From positions 21,080,001 through 21,144,000 of the forward strand of contig CM022670.1 in NCBI GenBank assembly GCA_012295275.1: DNA of 64,000 nucleotides. The letters are read 5' to 3'. The notes beneath the pieces were generated by a model. That model was not told the DNA's origin and did not search any database. It saw only the letters and a program-made list of their open reading frames with translations. Positions 13,281 to 28,887 of this stretch are shown piece after piece (the first letter of the stretch is position 1; each line of letters begins with the position of its first letter). The position numbers and the translations under genes are program-made. Origin of the DNA: Chrysomallon squamiferum (taxonomy: Eukaryota; Animalia; Mollusca).

Positions 13281-14166
13281 CACATGTGCAAAAAACCCTC
13301 CTGCACACAAACAAACTGGTATATTATTTCTGCTTGCTGCTGAATGGGGCTTTTGATGAGAAAATCACAGGAAGTCACTGTCAGGCTGGCAATTCTACCT
13401 TCCTGTTTTCTTATACACCTTGTGAGGATAACAGGATGTCCGCTCTTCTTGTCTCATTAACAGTGCAGGCAGCTATCAGTATGTGCAAAACTTTTCTACA
13501 CAGTGAATGTCAGACAATTAACAAACCAGATGAGGGGGCAAAAAAAAAAATAAAGAAGAAAAAAAATTAAAAAACAATATTTAAAATTTATTATTATTAT
13601 TATTTTTTTAAATAGGAAAAAGAGGAGACTAAATAGAAAATGAAATTAGTGAAAAAAAATTACCAAAAAAATTAAAAAAGGTTCTTTAAAATATACTTGT
13701 TAGAAATATTTAGAATATTTCTGTCCGTCTTCATATTTATATCCCTGTATGTTTGTTTAGTATGTATGTATGTATGTATGTATCAACATAAAGAACATAA
13801 CAAAACATTTAAAAAAAGAATATAAAAGTAAAAAATAAAAAAGAAGAAGAGAGAAACAGTATAAAAACTAAAGTAAATAAAACAAAAATATAAAAAAAGA
13901 ATACTGCATTACCTCAACGTTAGCAATTTTGTAATTTGTGTTCTTTTTTTTAATCATTAGCTATACAAATTTGCGGAATGCAATTTACATTGAGTTCACC
14001 TGGTGCAGGGTCGACCACAAAGATGTGATAAACGTTTAATAAAACATGATAACCACAACACACGGACTAAATCGACTGACAGAGCTTTGGGATGGGCTAG
14101 TTTCTGTCGCTCACTGTCAGTTTTACTGTATCAGATTAAAATACCAGCGATACAGAAGTGCACTGG

Positions 14167-14197
<31 letters not shown>

Positions 14198-14447
14198 ATC
14201 ATCTGTCGGGCTATCAAAACAGAATAGGTTACATCCAAAACTTTGATCAGGTTAATGCTTGTGAATGCTGCTCACTGTTTGTGCACATATGGGTAAGTAT
14301 GTGGATGTTAAGTAAATAACATGGTTACAAAAAAAAAAATAATAATAATAATTAAAAAAAAGGGAGAAAAGACTAATAAAATAATAGAAAGGTATTAATA
14401 AAAATTGTTTAAATATTTGTATAACTGAACACAGCCAAAAATAATGA

Positions 14448-14483
<36 letters not shown>

Positions 14484-15362
14484 GTAAAGGATAAAGAAAG
14501 CAAACAACTTTAAAAAAATAAAAAAATGATAAAGTAAAAAATAATACATCCCACAAAAAATGCATTATATTAAAAAAATATATAAAATGAATAAAAGTAT
14601 TTTAAAAAAAGATGCTATACCCCAACACTAAAATGCTCTAAAAACAAAAACAAAAACCCTCCCCCAAGAAACATAACAAACATCCCACAAATAAACAAAT
14701 AATGAAATACCAGTTTTTTACCTCACCTTTGTCTGTTATGACAATTACAAAAATCATTGTTTTAAATAAATACCCTGCATGTTTGTACTACAACCGCAAA
14801 GACTAAATGTAGCAAGTATTTTATTATTCTAGACAGCATTCCATGCAGATTTACATGTTTTGTCAAGTGATAAGAAATATCTAATAGTTTCATGTGACAT
14901 GCAGCCACAAACACATTACTTTAAGTGTGCATTTCAGGAAGCAGGTTATAACCTTTTGGTTAGGATCATGATCCAAGGAATGATGTGCTGCAAGATCAAT
15001 CCTGGTTGCTGTCAATGTCTGTCACAGACCACAGAACAAGCCATGCCTAGACTATGATATAATCTTTTGACAACAGATTAGTCTTTGAGCAACCAGAGAC
15101 AATAAATGCAGCTATATTTGGTTGGAGGGCATTCTATTTTTGAGTAAAAATATCAATTTCATATTTAGCCAGAACAGAACAATGCTCAGAAAATAGGTGA
15201 ATCCTACAAAGAAAACAATCTGTGGACAAATGTAGAACAGCTCTTGACTAGACAGAGACATAATGACATTCTTTTTAATTTTTATCTCGAAGAAATTCTG
15301 GAAAATTAGTAAATAAATGTTGTTATTATTATTTTTAAACATTTTCCCTGAACTTAATTTCA

Positions 15363-15421
<59 letters not shown>

Positions 15422-18420
15422 CTTCTACATTATAGTAATTGCAATATATAAAACACTCATATGCTTAGCATAACATAAAATAGCATTGAATAACTTTGTA
15501 AGGTGACAAAAATGCACCAGAAACACTGAAAATTATAAAAAAACACCCCAAAAAAACCATTGAAACAGAAGAAAACAAAATAAGATCAACAGGATGGGCT
15601 AAGACCAACAGACAGATTTTAATAATAAAACAGGTTTTTATACAGGATCTAGTAACAAACAGCACAGCAGTTGTTGTCAACACAAATAAATAAATAATAA
15701 TAATAATAATAAAAAATCTTGGCTAGTCTGTGGAATGCTGCACATCTTTGCTGATACAGTAATTTCTCAGTGGGGTATTTTTCAACACAACAATAGGTAG
15801 AACAATACACAAAGTCTGGGCTGAGGCAGACAACAAAGGCTGATCTATTTCAGCCCAGCAGGTAAATCAAAATAATATAACATTCCAATAAAATTATCTG
15901 TCATATCATTTATCATTAAATAATAAGATGTTTGTAATTATAGAGTTAGGATGGCCAAGGGTCGGGCATTTCTTTCTTCTTTTCTTTTGTCGTTTTTGTT
16001 GTTAAAAACAGAAAACAGACTGTATAAAATACTGCAGTCTGGGTGTAATTTAAGACATCTGTTTAGTAACTAGCAAAAAAAAAAAAAAAAAAAAAAAAAA
16101 TGAAGACTGGAAAAAAAAAGAAAAAAGAAAGAAAAAAAAAAGATTTGTATTAAAGGGGATGGATTCTGTCATTTCCATGAATCAGTCAGGTAACTCTGAT
16201 ATTAAATAATGTAATTAGAGGCCAATGATAACTAGAGATAAATTTATCTGATGTTCGCTTGCCCTCTGTTATCCCTTTCTTCTGAGAACATAATATTCTA
16301 CAACACTCTTTCTCACTTCTGTGACCATCCCTTCTTTCTTTTTTAACCAAGAAAATCCTTATCTCTTAAATACAACAAAGATAATTATCTTAATCTCTCT
16401 CTCTCCCCTCCCTCTCCCTCCTCTTGCTTTCTCCTTCATTTCTTATATTTTTTCCAAATCTACTGCATTTACATCAGATAAGAATAAGGAAAATCTTTTT
16501 ATTTTTCATTAAAATACACGTACCATCCCAATACTATTATTTACTTTTCTCCTTTATTTTACATACACCTTTCAATAGAATGTTTTATAAAACAGTCACA
16601 GCCCAATATACGCAGATGAGGATTGATCTTGTAACCCATCAGTCAAGCATTCAAAGCACAGAGTATCAGAAAGATACGAAAGAAATGATTTCTATTGTAG
16701 TGGCAATCAGTGAAGGTGAAAAGCTAAATATTTAATATGAGACAACTGAATAGAGTTCAGGTTCGGCTAGGACGCGACTTATTAACTACGCTGAACTTAT
16801 AATCTGACAGACAGAAAGACAGACTTGATGACACTAATAGCATTGATGGAAAGAGGTCACCAAGTACAATAATAAACAGTCCATTTGACAACTGGCAGCA
16901 TTCCCAAAAATCACTACTGGACATTTTTAATTTTTAATTTTTTTCCCTTTCTACCATAAATAATTGAAAAATAATAAAAAAAAACAATTATCACTTAATA
17001 ACTGAATTTTTTGTTCACAATATCAATATTGATGATATCTTACCAAAGACTTTACTTTTTATTTTATTTTAATCGAAGTCTAATACAGGACAATATTCAG
17101 TGAAAAATTTTAATAGACATTTTTACTTTATTACAATAAACATTTACCAGATATTTTATGAAGATTTAAAAATAAAATTAAAATTATAATACAAAATATT
17201 TTTGTGACCATTTTTGTCTTTATTTGAAGATTTTACTGAATTTAAACTGTTAAATATATATTCTCAATTTTTATTTAGTTATTATTTTTTGGTAAATCAG
17301 AAATTTCACACTTTTATTTATTTATGACCAGTTTCAACTAATTTCTTTTTTTTATAACAAGAAACCTTTAATAAAACACGGTTCCTGTAAAAAAAAAAGT
17401 TAAAACAGATGCCACAGCTTAACACAGAAGATGCAGAAGACTTGCTGGAAGAGGACCAAACACGAATCACACACTTGAAAGGATGCTATAAAGTTTGCGC
17501 TAACCTTGCTAACAAGAATGTCCGAGTGGTCAAAGTGGCGGCCGTAAAGTTTTGGTGCTTCCCCGGGGATGGGTTCTATTTTAATGCACACTTCCTGTCC
17601 CTGCCTGGCCATGTCCACTGCCTTGTGATTGTTCTCAATACTCGTCACTCGTCCCAGCTCCACAAACTGCAAAATAAATAATGAGAAAGATAACAAATAA
17701 GTAAGTAAGTAACAAAAAACAAAACAACAACACACAAAGCAAAAAAAACAACAGCTTCTAAAACCATCAAAATAAAACACACCCATAAAAGTCCATTCCC
17801 CCTCTCAAAAAAAAAAAAAAGAAAAAAAAAAGGAACAAATAACTACAAATGTGAATGTTTGTTTTTTTCAATGTTCATTACATGGCCTAGTTCACCTTCT
17901 ATAAAAGAATAATATTATGATACCAATAAAAATACTAACACTAATAATAATGGAAAACAAAAAACAAAAAACACCTGTACCACAATAACCCAACAGGTGA
18001 GATATTGATGTCACCGAAAATTTGAAAACTACATCACACATCTGAATGAAAACTTTCCTTTCCTTCACCACCCCATCCCCTAAAACTGTCCTAATATAAA
18101 AAAAAAAAATCCAAATATATATATATAAAAAAAATCAAAAAAAAATCTGTGAACATGTTTATTGACAGACATGATAATAGTCAAAACGTTGAACCTGTTT
18201 GTCAGTGAACTTAAAACCAAGATTTATCTCAGCTCATACTAAAAAGCCAAGAGCTGGAATATACAAAAGCTGTTTTTCAATAAGTCTTTTATCATGGACA
18301 GGAAATGGTTGTTGATAGGCTATCTCTTCGACCTGGTGTACCTTGCCAACATTACTTCTCGAGTCTATTGCTTTACCAGTAGATTCTTTTTTTTCAGTAA
18401 TTTATAAAAGAAAAAAAAAG

Positions 18421-18461
<41 letters not shown>

Positions 18462-19438
18462 AAAAAATAGATGGAAATAATTCTACCATGGCTTGAAAAT
18501 AAAGTCACTTTATGACATTCAGAGTTCTTTGTAGATCAGTCAAAAGAGTTGATAGATGAAATCATTATCTACAGTAAACTGAATTATCTGGTGTTATAAA
18601 AATATAAATGTGAAAGAGAGAGAGAAAAAAAAAGCTAGAAAAAACTAAAAAAAAAAAAAACTAACAGAAAAAAAAAAGAAAAAAAAAGAACAGAAAAAAA
18701 AATTGAAAAAGCAGAAAAGAAAATGAATAAAAAAAAAAAAAATATATATATATTTATATATAAAAAATCATTGAAATATTTAACTTTCACAATCATGATT
18801 TTAAAAAGAAAAGAAAAAAAAAATAAATCAATGAATCAATAAAATGAAACTGTTTAGAATTTTCATTCCTGAATGAAATTTAACAAATTTTATAGAGGTA
18901 AAACCAAAGAAACAAAACACAAATAAAATAAATCTTTATTATCTCTATTTCCTGAAAAGGAAAAATTCTGTAAAAATATTAATAATAATAATTTTAAAAA
19001 AAAGCCTTTAATATATACATTTCCTGTAAGAGAAGTGAAACAGAGTGAAAATCATAGACCCAATCAAACCACATCCTTTCTTTGATGTAAGAGCAGTCTT
19101 TGAAGTTGACTATTCTGAACAATACAACCCTTTGAGTGTAAGGGATTAATCTTTTAACTGTTTGAGTACTTTAATCATTTGAAGTGGCTTTAACTAGGCA
19201 AAGATACAAAGCTAGGTAGCTGGTGGAATGCAATTAAATGGGGGAAAGTTATGGATCTATTTGACATAATGGCTCTTCAGAATGCTGCCCATATTTCACA
19301 GGATGTTTCAAAAGCCACCCGCTTTGTTATTAGTTGAGCTGTTTGAAAATTTGTCTTCTAAGAGACGTTTCAAAGAGAAGCAATTAATCCTTATTTTATT
19401 TTAAAATTATTTCTTTTTAACAAACAAAAAAAAAAGAA

Positions 19439-19475
<37 letters not shown>

Positions 19476-19878
19476 AACAAGAGAAAAGAAGAGTAATATT
19501 AGCCAGGCCACCTGGGTCTTTTCAAATATTTCATTTCAACAGTCTTGAACAAAAACAATTTATCCTCATAGTATCAGCATATTAAAAAAAGAAAATAGAC
19601 ATGCACATATATATACGCAAAATGAAGTGAAATGTCAAAACCTCTGCCATGGTCTATAATAGGTTGATCCAAAGATAAAAAGACAAATTACTATGCAATT
19701 AAAATAACATCAACAACATCAGCAACATTAATAAAAAGACCAAAGACAATCTCATTATCACTAGCAGGCTGCTGGATTAATGATTTATTGATTTCTATAT
19801 TCTTTTGAAAATTCAATATAATTTACATTAATTATTATTATTATTAATTTTGTTTATATTTCCAAATTATTTATTAAC

Positions 19879-19936
<58 letters not shown>

Positions 19937-21597
19937 AATACAAGGTTTAAAAAGAAGCAATTTGTCCACATTTAAAGTAAAGATACATTAAATCCTATTA
20001 TGTTAAACCGGGTGTTCCAATACATTTCTTTTCAGATAGAAATTACAAAGAAAAGCAATTTGCACTTATTTAAAATCCCCTATATTATTAGTAGATGGTT
20101 CACAAATTACCTTTAACTGAAGGTTTCAACACAAAAGAATCTGGATTTGTTTTAAAAATTTGTTTTTAGAAATCTCAGGACCACCAAGACATTGCTGACT
20201 CTAACAATTAAAAAGAAAAAAAAAAGAAAAGAGAACAAAAAAGAAAGGAAAGAAACAGAAAAGGACCATCCATATTTATTAATAGGCTGTTGATTTCACA
20301 AGTTACAGAATTTTAAAATTATTTCATTTTATTCAAAAGAAAATTCCCATACCACCCACATCCCTTGTTCTACAGCTATTAATGCAGCTAATTTATAATT
20401 ATTGTAACTCTTTCTTCTTTATATAACAATAATAGTAATAAAAAAAACACTTTTTAAAAAGATAAAAACAATTAAATAAAAAAATAAAAAAAATAATTAC
20501 AATGGAAAAATATCCTGCCATTTCTAATTGTTATCTAAACTTGCAACATATTTTCAGTAATTTTTAGTTGGAATTTCTAATTTTTGCACTATATCAATAA
20601 TTGTGATGATTTTTTTTTAGATATTCAGAGATACAGATAGTCATATATAGATATACAGACAGAAAGATAGGAGAAAGACAGATAAAGAGAGCCAAAGAGA
20701 AAGTTAGAAATGACAAATGCACTGGAAACTGTTTATTAGTAAAAAATAATAATTTTAACATGTAAATAATTAAATGCGATAAATAAAGTATTATCAATTG
20801 GTGGCTACTGGAATGTGAAGAGTACTAAATTCACACTATGAATCAGGCAGGTAATCTGTATGGAATTTCCACAGTTAAAGTGTACAGATAAGAGAAACAG
20901 GTGGCTCACTGGCTCTTAGGTAATTACTCTCAGATTATCAACTATGTGAAGCTATTTGTTCATGTTAATATTTCTGTGTAGTCCTAGTAATATTATATAT
21001 ACTATGTTAAAGCATACCTAGAATAATCCTACTGAAGTTTTGTATTTTCTGAGAGATGATTTTTGTTTTTCCTGACAAACAGTTCAGTAACAATACTAAC
21101 AATTATATACAAACTGTTGTTTTTATAGCTGAAGCATACCTGTGACGACCATAATAAATCCTTTTATACACACCTGGACCAGAAATGCTATAAATGGAAA
21201 ATTCAGTGAACTGATAAACCCATATGCAATAATATGATGCTAAAGAGCATACAGAATTTTTCGGCAGTGCAAAATGATGTAGTGTGTAATAAAATTAAAG
21301 CACCCCATAGAAACCTTAAAAGTGCTTTAGGCAGTACAGTGTCTAACAAATACAGTGCAATTAAAACAATTTTATGGTTTGAGCATGTTTAAAATGGTGG
21401 AAGTCTTTACAAATGCTGATGGCAATAAAATGTTTTTAAAAATAATACTGACAACAGTGTGTTCAGCAATAGAATGAGTATGAACAAAGAGAAGAAAATA
21501 ATTCTATGAGTTTAGGTTTTACAAAACGTAAGAAAATGGTGAAATCAAGAACACAAAAGACATGATTACACAGAAAGAGGAAAAGAAGGATAAGGAC

Positions 21598-21677
<80 letters not shown>

Positions 21678-22990
21678 AAAACATTAGAGAAAAAAAGGGT
21701 AAGGAATAAGAAAGAGAAAGCCAGGGCAGACAGACTGAATGAAATGAAAAGAGAGACAAGAAAGACAGAGAGACATACAAGTAACATTTAACAGATGAAC
21801 ACACTGATGTATGAAAAAGCCATAAAAGTGGTGATTACTCCCAGACAGAATTCTGATGTGAGAGATAAAATCTGTTTTGTCTCGACTCCCAATCTCTGTA
21901 GAGACAAAACAGTTTGAGATTCGACTGATATGTACAAAGATACATAAAACAGCCTGTAGGGAGCATGCAGTCACTCAGGCATGATGAGTTCCAGGATCCA
22001 GTCTCCTCATTCATTCATGGGATGTGTACAAAGATATATAAAACAGCTCTGAAATGACCTTGGTATGAGGTAACCTTAGTGTGATGAATTGTAAAATCAG
22101 TGCTCCATGTATTCCTTTATTCATTCATTTAAGAGTAAAAAAAAAAAAAATAAAAATAAAAATAAAAAAATAAAAATAAAAAGTAAAGTTCACAAAGGCA
22201 ACTGTAGATAGTGAACACTATGGTCTTTAGCATCAATTCTCCTTGGCATGTTTAAATATGTAATATGGTATAAAGATTTGTAAAACCCTATCCTTTGACT
22301 TTAACGAAAATAAAGCTTAGTTGTGAATGGTTGCTGTAGAAAATCTTGATTTCTTTAATTTATGAAAATACAGAGTGAAGTTTAAACTTAAAACCCTGTT
22401 GTAAAGTTATCAAGAATGGAAAGGAAGGAAGGAAGGAAGGAAGGAAATATTTTACTACGCACTCAACACAATTAATTTATCTTTATATAGTTGAGGACCA
22501 ATCAGGTAATAGGACAGGAAACTTACTCTTGCTACTTCATATTCTATTCTTTCCAGTTAGCAGCAAGGAATCTTTTATATATACCATCCTGCAGATGGGG
22601 ATGAAACATACATACAATGACCTTTATTAGACCAGTTGTGAAACACTGGCTGTAATGAGAAATAATTCAGTTTGGTGACCTATCACATATTAACTGGATG
22701 CTACACCACTAGAGTATGATGTGTCATAATCCTCAAGAGAAAGTTTATTCATTCTTAGATATTGTAAATGATAGAACAGTCCCATCCTGCAGTGTTAGTT
22801 AATCAGTTCTAGTTTAATGGAACAAGAATTAGCCTGAGGAATGATTGGTTACAAAGTTAATTCATCTTGGTGCATTCATTCATCTGTTCAAACAAAACGT
22901 TTGATAATTAATTTAAAAATTTGACACTTATCAAAGTAAGTAAAGTACTTAATATAAATAAAAAGTTAAGAAATGACTTGTTAATATATG

Positions 22991-23036
<46 letters not shown>

Positions 23037-23475
23037 TATAATTTATAAAGAATTAACCATCTTTTAACTCGTTTTCCTTACCACAAAAATCCACACACTG
23101 TAAAAACAATGTAATAAATTAATACCTAAACAAGGCCTCGAAGAGAAAAAATAAAAAAAAATAAAAAATAAAAATCAAAGGATGAACTTGGCATTTAGCC
23201 ACCCATAAATATGGTGGAATGTTCTGTTCCTGTTGTGAGCCAATGAGAACGCGGCTGACAGCCCTGTTGTTCACTGAATGAACCGTTAGAGTAACATCCT
23301 GACATACCTCAGTAATATGAATCAAGACTGAGGCGAGCTGGCACACACCAGCAAAACCACACAAAGCTTTCAGCTCATTTTCTTAATGAATGACTCTCAC
23401 TCTTCTGCCAAACTGTCTGTATTGAATTATTTTTTCTGTGTAGTAATAGTTAACACCATTTTTTAAATTTTTTTA

Positions 23476-23518
<43 letters not shown>

Positions 23519-25048
23519 TAAATTACCAACTGAAAAATACTTACATATGTAACAATATACACAGGTAATGAAAATTTATCTTGTATGTGTAATTTGTTAA
23601 AACAGAAAAATATTTATTACGTATTTAATGATTGTAATATAGGCAATTAAAATGTACTGTTTATGTATAGATTGTTAATTGAGAAATTATTTATCATGTG
23701 TGGGTTAAGTTGTGTATTCCTAGAGTTCATCATATTGAATGTTAATACACTGAAATGTTATTTTTATTTTATTATTCAAAGAGATAAGGTATGTGTGTCT
23801 GTACGTGTGCATATGTGAAGTATTATTAAGTGTACTGTTTTACATATTTACATACAAGTGTATGTCAGCTTTATATGTGTGCACATGTGTTTGTGCATCT
23901 GTGTCTCTGTTTATGTTATTATACTGTGTATCTGATATGGAAGGGAAGCAGTGTACTGAAGAGGAGAGATCCTGTAATCATACTTGCTTCGTTATTAATG
24001 TCATGCCCAAAGTTCTATTTAAGAATATATTTATTCAATACTTTAAAAAAAAAATCGTAAATGGCATTAAAAAAGAAAGAAAAACTAATTTTTTTTTGTT
24101 GTTGTAAAATTGTAATAAATAATTAAAAATATTAATAAATAAAAGAAAAATCATAAACATGACTATGAATTAAAGGATATAAATGAAGCAGAAAGATTAA
24201 GTAAATAATTTATAAAAAGAAAATTATTTTTCCTTTTCTTTTCTCTCTCTCTTTTTTATGTTTTTGAAAAACATTTAAATGATGATAAATTGGGGTAGCT
24301 GCAAGAGTACAACTTTGTCGACGTGCAGAAAAGCAGTTTTTTTTCACTTATACTTTCTCCTCAGAAACCTTTTGCCTCGAATGTAGTAAGCTGTCAGCAA
24401 CTGTAATCTCTCTTATATTTTCTCATCTACATTTTAGAGTGGTTTCATAACCCTGTCAGATATCCACAACACAAATTATGTGAACAGACATTTATAAATC
24501 CTTTCTAATCCCCCACTTCCAACCTGAACCACCATCGCAACAGACTTAGTGTTACAACGTGCTAAGCAAGTTCAAGAGTTTAATCTCTCCTAAAAATGTT
24601 TCTAAATTAAATCAGAATTTTTTAATTTTTTTTTTTTTTTTTTTTAATGGGTGTTCCGTAGTTCTATTTCTATTTCAGTGCATATGTTCACATCTTGTTT
24701 AACAGATGTTTAAATTCAACAATGAAAAATATTGTAGTACTAAGGTAAAATAGGTATCATAACAATCATAACAGTGTACTCGAGATGTTTTTGAAGAAGT
24801 TATTTCATGGTGTTATGTAAAATGTTGTTCTGTAGAAATAATAATTCCACGATAACCATTTTAATATACAAAAATTACATCAAAAATATTCTGAATTGCT
24901 TGATTTTGAAATTTATTTACAGGAATTTCTTATTTTAAAATATATTTTGGTTTAACCATCAGAATTATTTTAAAAGATGCATTTTAATTTTTAATACATA
25001 GAGCTTACATCATCAGTTAGCTTTTAAAATGAGAGAGAGAGAGAGAGA

Positions 25049-25087
<39 letters not shown>

Positions 25088-27075
25088 GCACAGTGAGTGT
25101 ATCACAGCAGAATGAGAAACTAATGTAGTGGGAATAAAAAAGATGATACAAATATAGAAAAAAATCATTTAGATACAGATATACATTAATTAAGGAATAT
25201 TTTTTTTATTTATGGTAGAACTAACTATTTCTCTGTATGGTAATAAAAATGTATTAATACAATACATCAAACATCTGTAACAAAAAGAACAACGTACAGC
25301 AGTATTGAGTTAATAGATTTTTAAAAATCTCGTAGTCTTGTTCAAACTGAACAGAGTGAGACAGGAAGAGTGGAGAAAAGAGAAACACAATGAAACAGCC
25401 TGCGTGTGGACTCTCACTGCCCTGGCTGTTTGACCAACAAACCACGGGGCAAACCATTTTCTTGACACGAGGGGATCTCCAAAGAAGTCACATATTGTTT
25501 ATGTAAGATTAACAGATTATCCAATTACAGGATCAGTCAATATCCACAATGCTATCAGAATGTTCCATGTTTTTGACATGTGGCAGGGGTGTCTCAGGTA
25601 AAATAACAACAGGTGGCACACACACACACACACACAGTCACTAATAGTTTTTGAATTTTTGTTCATTGTAGTGTCTCATAATTAGAAAAGAAAATCAAAT
25701 AAATTTAAGATCAGAATCTGTGTAAGGAAATACATAATTATTAAATACAAACTGTTGTAGCTACATTTCTAGTATTTTTATTTTCAAAATAGCATACTTG
25801 TAAGATTTCTTTTCACAGAATTATAAAAATATATAATTTAAGAACCTTCATTTTTAAAAATTATAATCTGTTATGGTAATTGAAACTGTCCAAGTTTAAT
25901 CATGTTTAAATTCAAAACCTGCTGCAATTTGAAAATACTTCACTTTAATGTACCTTTTGACAGTCAAGTAAGTACATACCATATGTTTTTCAGGAGCAAG
26001 CAAGGAGCAATGAGGTTAAAGAGAAATCAGTTTAAAACTTTCAATGAAGAGGATTCATCTTGGCACTCTTTATGGACTTGTTTACATAGATAAACTGAAC
26101 TATATTTTAATTATGTTTTTAACTGCAATTATTCTTTACAAAAATTGGCTATTCATGCTGATCAGTATTTCATTACCACTATATACTAACTAACCATCAG
26201 AAATAACCTTATCCCATCTGTATTATGATCTTGCCTTTCACCCCTCAGCAATTTACTAATAATAGACTCAACCAACTCTTTTAAACAGCAGGCTTTTTGG
26301 CTATAATTTGTGGCCACCTGTAGATGACTGAATCAGGCCAATTGTAAGCTTCATTCCGATTGGTCGAAATGTAAGCCAGGCAGTCAAGATTGGCACCCCT
26401 CTCTCCCATGGTTGAATGGTGTCCAAACAGCTTAGGAAGTTGTCAATGAAAACCACAAAACTGCCCTAAGGCAGCCTGTGGTCAGATATTCCATTTGGCA
26501 GTAGCTGACCACACTTGGCTGGTGTCCAGCGCTGTGGAGTGAGTTAAAGAGTCAATAACGCTGTGAGACCACTTCATGAATGAATGCCATTAACATACTT
26601 TCCTTCACCTGTCTGCTTTTACCTACATACTTTAATAAACTGTTTTTCTGGTACTAAAGATCTTTTAATATGCAACTCTATAAAGTTCTGTATTATAATA
26701 TCTGGTTTCAAATAAACAAATAAATAATAATACTGTAGTTAAATACTAAGAGATTAAATCATATTTTTATAGACACACATGTAGGTACAGTGTTATTTGT
26801 TATATACATATTTAGTTTTATGAACACCTGTCTGTCTGTCTATCTTCCTGTAAGCATATCTCCTTATTATCTGTCTGTGTTTTTTTGTGTAACAGTTTTG
26901 GAATAACACTAAATCTTTACACATTTTTTTAGTGTTAAAATTTACTTAAATGTATCTGCATGAAATATTTCGTTTTTGCTATCAAATGGCAATTATTATT
27001 ATTTAATACAAGATTATGAGTGTGTTTGTGTATACATGTCAGATATAGTGTTTAGTTGTGTGTTAGGAAATCTGC

Positions 27076-27109
<34 letters not shown>

Positions 27110-28854
27110 TTGTATATATGTCACTGCAGTTGGTATATGTGCGTACATGTACTGTCTACGTAACAAATAATCTGCTTATTAAGTGAGAAAAAGAGAAAAA
27201 TCACAACAGATCTGACTATGTCAACTCTTTGGTGACAGCATTAAAAACATTCAACAACGTTTCTATAAATCCCTTCAAATCCCAATTGGCTCCACTGAAA
27301 GGCAAATACCGGCCATTCACAGATTAACCCAGGATTTCATAACCGTGTCTAAATCCTTGAAAAACACGACCAGAGCCAATACCTTTTGCTAGCACAAGCT
27401 ACACTACCTGAGCCAGGTCGCCACAGACAGCCTGCCAGCCGAGCAAACAAGAATACTTGTCATACAGATCAATCTAGGACCATTCAATAAAAAGATATGG
27501 CAGGGGTGAGCCCTGGGGTCAGAGGTCAACATGACAACCCATTAAAAGAGCCCTTAAGCGCGTATCCTCTGTTTGCTGAGGGCTCTGATTTTCATCTTAG
27601 TATGTAACTGGCGCTGTAAGCTCTCAATAGGTAGTATCGTCCCGTGAAATTTATCTTGGAAAGTAGCACATTTTGATGGTTAGCCGGATTAAAGGGAAAT
27701 GGAAAACATTTCAATTTGAAAACTTGGCATAAAAGAAGAATGTGGATTGTTAATATTACTCAGAAAAACAGCTGTAACAAAAATATAACTTGTATGTTTA
27801 TTGTGGTCATGATATTAGCAGCAGCTGTACAATCATCATTATCATATTCATCATCATCATCATCATCAGAGCAAAATTAGAAAAATATGATAAAATATAA
27901 GTAAAAAGTAATAAAAAAATAATAATAAAAAGAATTATCTCCTCAAACTTCCAGCATCATTCAATTTTTGAAAAACTCAAAACATATATCATCCTTGTTC
28001 TAAGTAAAAAGAGTTTATTTTAATTTAAAAGTGAATCTCAGACTTACCTCTCGAGATGGAACACAGATAGGAGTCCCCTCCTTCAGGAAACCAGCCTCCA
28101 CAGACACTCCTACCACTATAGGGTCTCTCGAATTAAAAATAAACTGGGGCAAAATGCGCAATTTGCATGGAAATACAGCAATATGTTTGAACTCCTCTTG
28201 TTTTTTCTTTTTTTGTTCATCTCTGTACTCCATGAAACGGTCAAACAAGTGATAGATAATGTCAGCAGTAAATATTTTCACTCCAAGACTTTCAGCAAGT
28301 TCCTGAGCATCACGTTCCACTTTGACATCAAATGCTAGAATCACAGCATATCTGAAAAAAAAAATAAAAAAAATATAATAAAATAAATAACAATTTATAA
28401 AATGACAACATTAAAAATGTTGTTTGTTTTTACTGGTGAGCTTTTTAAAGAGTAGAAAACAAATAAAATTTAAAATCAGCGAAGTAAAAATATAGAAAGA
28501 AAAAAGAAATGAAAACGACAAAAAAAAGAAGAAAAAAAAAGCCACATTTTATTGCTGAGCTTTAAAAAAATTAAAAAATAAATTTATAAAAAGGAGTAGG
28601 AAAATAAATCCAATCCAAGAAAAAAAAAAAAAAAGGAAAAGGTAAGAATAAAAAAAGAGTATTTTATGAAGCTATTAAAAAACAAGCATCTTCCCATGAA
28701 CCAGCATTTAATATTCTTTTCTTCTGCTTTTTAAAACAAAAAAGGAAATGTGATTAATCCAGTTAGATCAAATTCACAAAAAACAGAAAAAGAAAACTTT
28801 CAAATATCACCAATAAATAAATTATGCAATGAAAAAAGAAAGGTGGGGAAAAAA

Positions 28855-28887
<33 letters not shown>

